Shown: positions 61,504 through 64,000 of the stretch, piece by piece
Numbering within the stretch: position 1 is the first letter of the stretch
Layout of the letters: each line of letters starts with the position of its first letter
Assembly: GCA_002633005.1 (NCBI GenBank)
Contig: NMRA01000093.1
Span: 975,366-1,039,365, forward strand
Direction of reading: 5' to 3'
Origin: Phoronis australis
Taxonomy: Eukaryota; Animalia; Phoronida
Length of the DNA stretch: 64,000 nucleotides
Notes under the pieces: generated by a model
Told to the model about the DNA's origin: nothing
What the model saw: only the letters and a program-made list of their open reading frames with translations
Database searches by the model: none
Made by a program: the position numbers and the translations under genes

Positions 61504-64000
61504 AACAGTACCGCACTGAACACCGAATGACCCATGACAAATTGAATAGGGCTGGGGTGTTTCTCGTTAGTGGGGTCCCGTCGGTCATATTTCCTAAGTC
61601 TTAATTTGGCTACGTTGATGAAAAAGCCCTTGAAGACTGAACATACTCGTGTTTGGTCCGAAATAGTTTGACTTTCGTGGGAGATTAGGGTCGTGGTGTC
61701 GGTTTTATCGGGCCTTTTTTGACTAGTGAGAGGAAAGGTTGGATTGTAGGCCAGAAATTTTTGTACAGTTGGAGCTTTTCATGCTTGGTCGGAGGTTTAC
61801 GGATCACATCGTCACCACTTGCACACGCCCTCAATCCACTGTACTTAATTGTTTGGGCTTAAACCACTGGATTGGGGTTGGTAAGACACGCACCAGGTAC
61901 ACGTATACATGCATCGGTTAGCAGCGTGTGCCTGTGAACAACACTGCTTGGACGGCCGAACCGGCCGGAGCCGAGGTCCGAAGTATCCATTTGCACAGAC
62001 CCGTTCTCGAAAGGTGAATGGAATTGTTATAACAAGGAATAATAGTTACATCAATATGCAGACTTTTTTCAAAATATAAAACGCATGTAAGGGGTGCTGT
62101 GTTGTCTCAAGGAAAATTACCTCAGTGATACGCTCATGACTTTTCTTTAACTATCTAGTATTACAGTGGTGGATCTAGGATATCACTGATAAGGGGGCAA
62201 TACTTTGTGTCGGGCATCCAGCCCAAAATATGGGGGTTCGAATTTCTGAGAAAGTGGACATTTCACTGAAAAATAAACGGAAGACTAAAATACGGAAAAA
62301 CGATGGTCTGGCTCGGACACCTGACTTGCAATAGGGTCTGAGCCCCCGGGCCCCCCCCCACACACACACGCACACACAAACTAAAACTGTCCACGTTAAA
62401 TATTGTTTCAGCCGCATGATAATTACCGGGGTTTGTTAATAAACTCAATATTTCCTCACGCTCATGCTAGTGTTATGTTTTTGTTTTGCGGCAACCAAGA
62501 ACTCTCAACGAAAACCACGTGACCGTTTGGAAATTCCCAGCATAACACGCATTTGGATACCAGTGTACGTTTTCAGTAATTCATTCATCGTTTGAGGCAT
62601 AAATAGGCTTAGCCTACTCGTTATCTTTATATACGTAGTGTGGTCACTTGAACGAAGAAGAAGAAGAAGAAGTACTAGTAGCAAAGTCATGGCTCCGCTA
62701 CCTTCACCAGTAAGTGGATACCTATCGTCGTCGCAAAAGGTACCCGCTCATCCAAAACCTTTACGGCTAACAGATGGCGCTTTTCATCAATCACGTGTCA
62801 TTTTATCGCTCAAGTAAGACTGTCTGGCCAGCACAACTAAACAAATCTAGTGCCTAGTGGTGGGTTAGCCCCGCCAGACACACCCAAATACCTGAATTGA
62901 GCTAGATCAATCCAAGAGGTAATCACATAAAATCAGTTGCAAAATATTCCCCGTAAGCCCAGGTATTAAGAATAAATACTGCCAGACAAATCTAGTGGTG
63001 GGTTATCCCCGCCAGACACGCCCAAGTACCTGAGTTGAGCTAGATCAACCCGCCAGGTAACCGCTTGAAACCATTTGCATAATGTCGAGTCAACATTCTG
63101 CATGCAACAAAAGATACTTTACAGACATTTTTAGCGGTGGGGCAGTAGCGTGCAGAGGTTTGATCGATGTAGGGGCGACTTTTTTAGACGCCCCTATCTC
63201 TCTACTCAAATGCATATATCCTGTTCAGGTACGTAGCCAGAATGGTGGTTCGAATTTCAAGAACGGTGGATCTTGGTATTTTGCAAACGTCGACACTGTA
63301 GAGTTTTCGGTGATGCCTTTGACGCAGCTTAATTAGGGGGAAGGGAAATCTGTATACACGACGACGATTCATGTTCATGAGATGAGACGGAATTTGTAAT
63401 ACCAGATACGAGGATGCTGTGACGGTTGCTCGTAAAGAACGGGACACACATTAGGATGTAATGTGGTCCAAAAAGAGAACATTCTCGCGTTATTTCCTGT
63501 CAAAGTTTCAAATCAGCCATGCTTAATGAGTGATCAATTACACCTTATTGCATACTCAGACGGAAATATGAAGCCTAGTTGGCGAATGACTTAACAAAAT
63601 TGTATATCTGGTTGTATTTTAGCGTGTTACTTAATTAAGTTGCTTACATCGTTGGAAATGGGGACATCCCACTATTTCGAAAGTTTACTACTCGCCGGTT
63701 CACTGACTATTCCGAAGGTTCACTACTTCACCGATTCACCACTCCGAAGATTCACCGCTCCAAACATATCTAAACTTTCAGACTCAGATGTGATTTTTGA
63801 ACTTTTGCATGCTAAAATAAACGATATTCCGGCTATTAGATGCACCTATACCAAAAACAACGCCCGGGCACTAAAACACTTTGGGTTTTATGTAGACAGT
63901 GACCACCGTCTCCAGCTGGCCAGCACAACTAAAAACGGTAGTCAGAATTCATGCGCATGCGAAATTGCCCGCATGTCCTAAAATGAGTAAACACTTGCAT

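Larger units (their letters stand above)
57760..64000. repeat. Large recent inverted repeat: 57760-58825 vs ~62840-64000 (runs off the window)
   Basis: Colinear reverse-complement match with few differences; explains the duplicated ORFs 58297/63202 and 57774/63640. Confidence 0.9.

Overview
AT-rich, intron-rich animal (probably invertebrate) genomic DNA; the organism cannot be identified from sequence alone. One intact protein-coding gene can be assembled by hand on the minus strand (about 29.5 kb to 1.7 kb): an 8-exon TNF-receptor-superfamily death receptor (signal peptide, ~4 cysteine-rich domains, TM helix, atypical death domain; 351 aa by my model). The rest is dominated by nested transposons: six co-oriented Helentron/HINE-like elements whose internal ~147-bp monomers (~438-bp trimers) each carry a CTCF-consensus-like motif; several Kolobok derivatives with THAP/KolX remnants; a decayed Mag-type Gypsy element with a Penelope-like insertion in its 5' LTR; a probable ISL2EU relic; an L2/CR1-group LINE fragment; MITEs; tRNA-like SINE heads; local satellites; and two inverted duplications. 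The most interesting candidate system is the set of transposon-borne, unidirectional, regularly spaced CTCF-like motif arrays confined to the death-receptor locus. All calls come from manual reading; no searches were run, and identity estimates are by eye.
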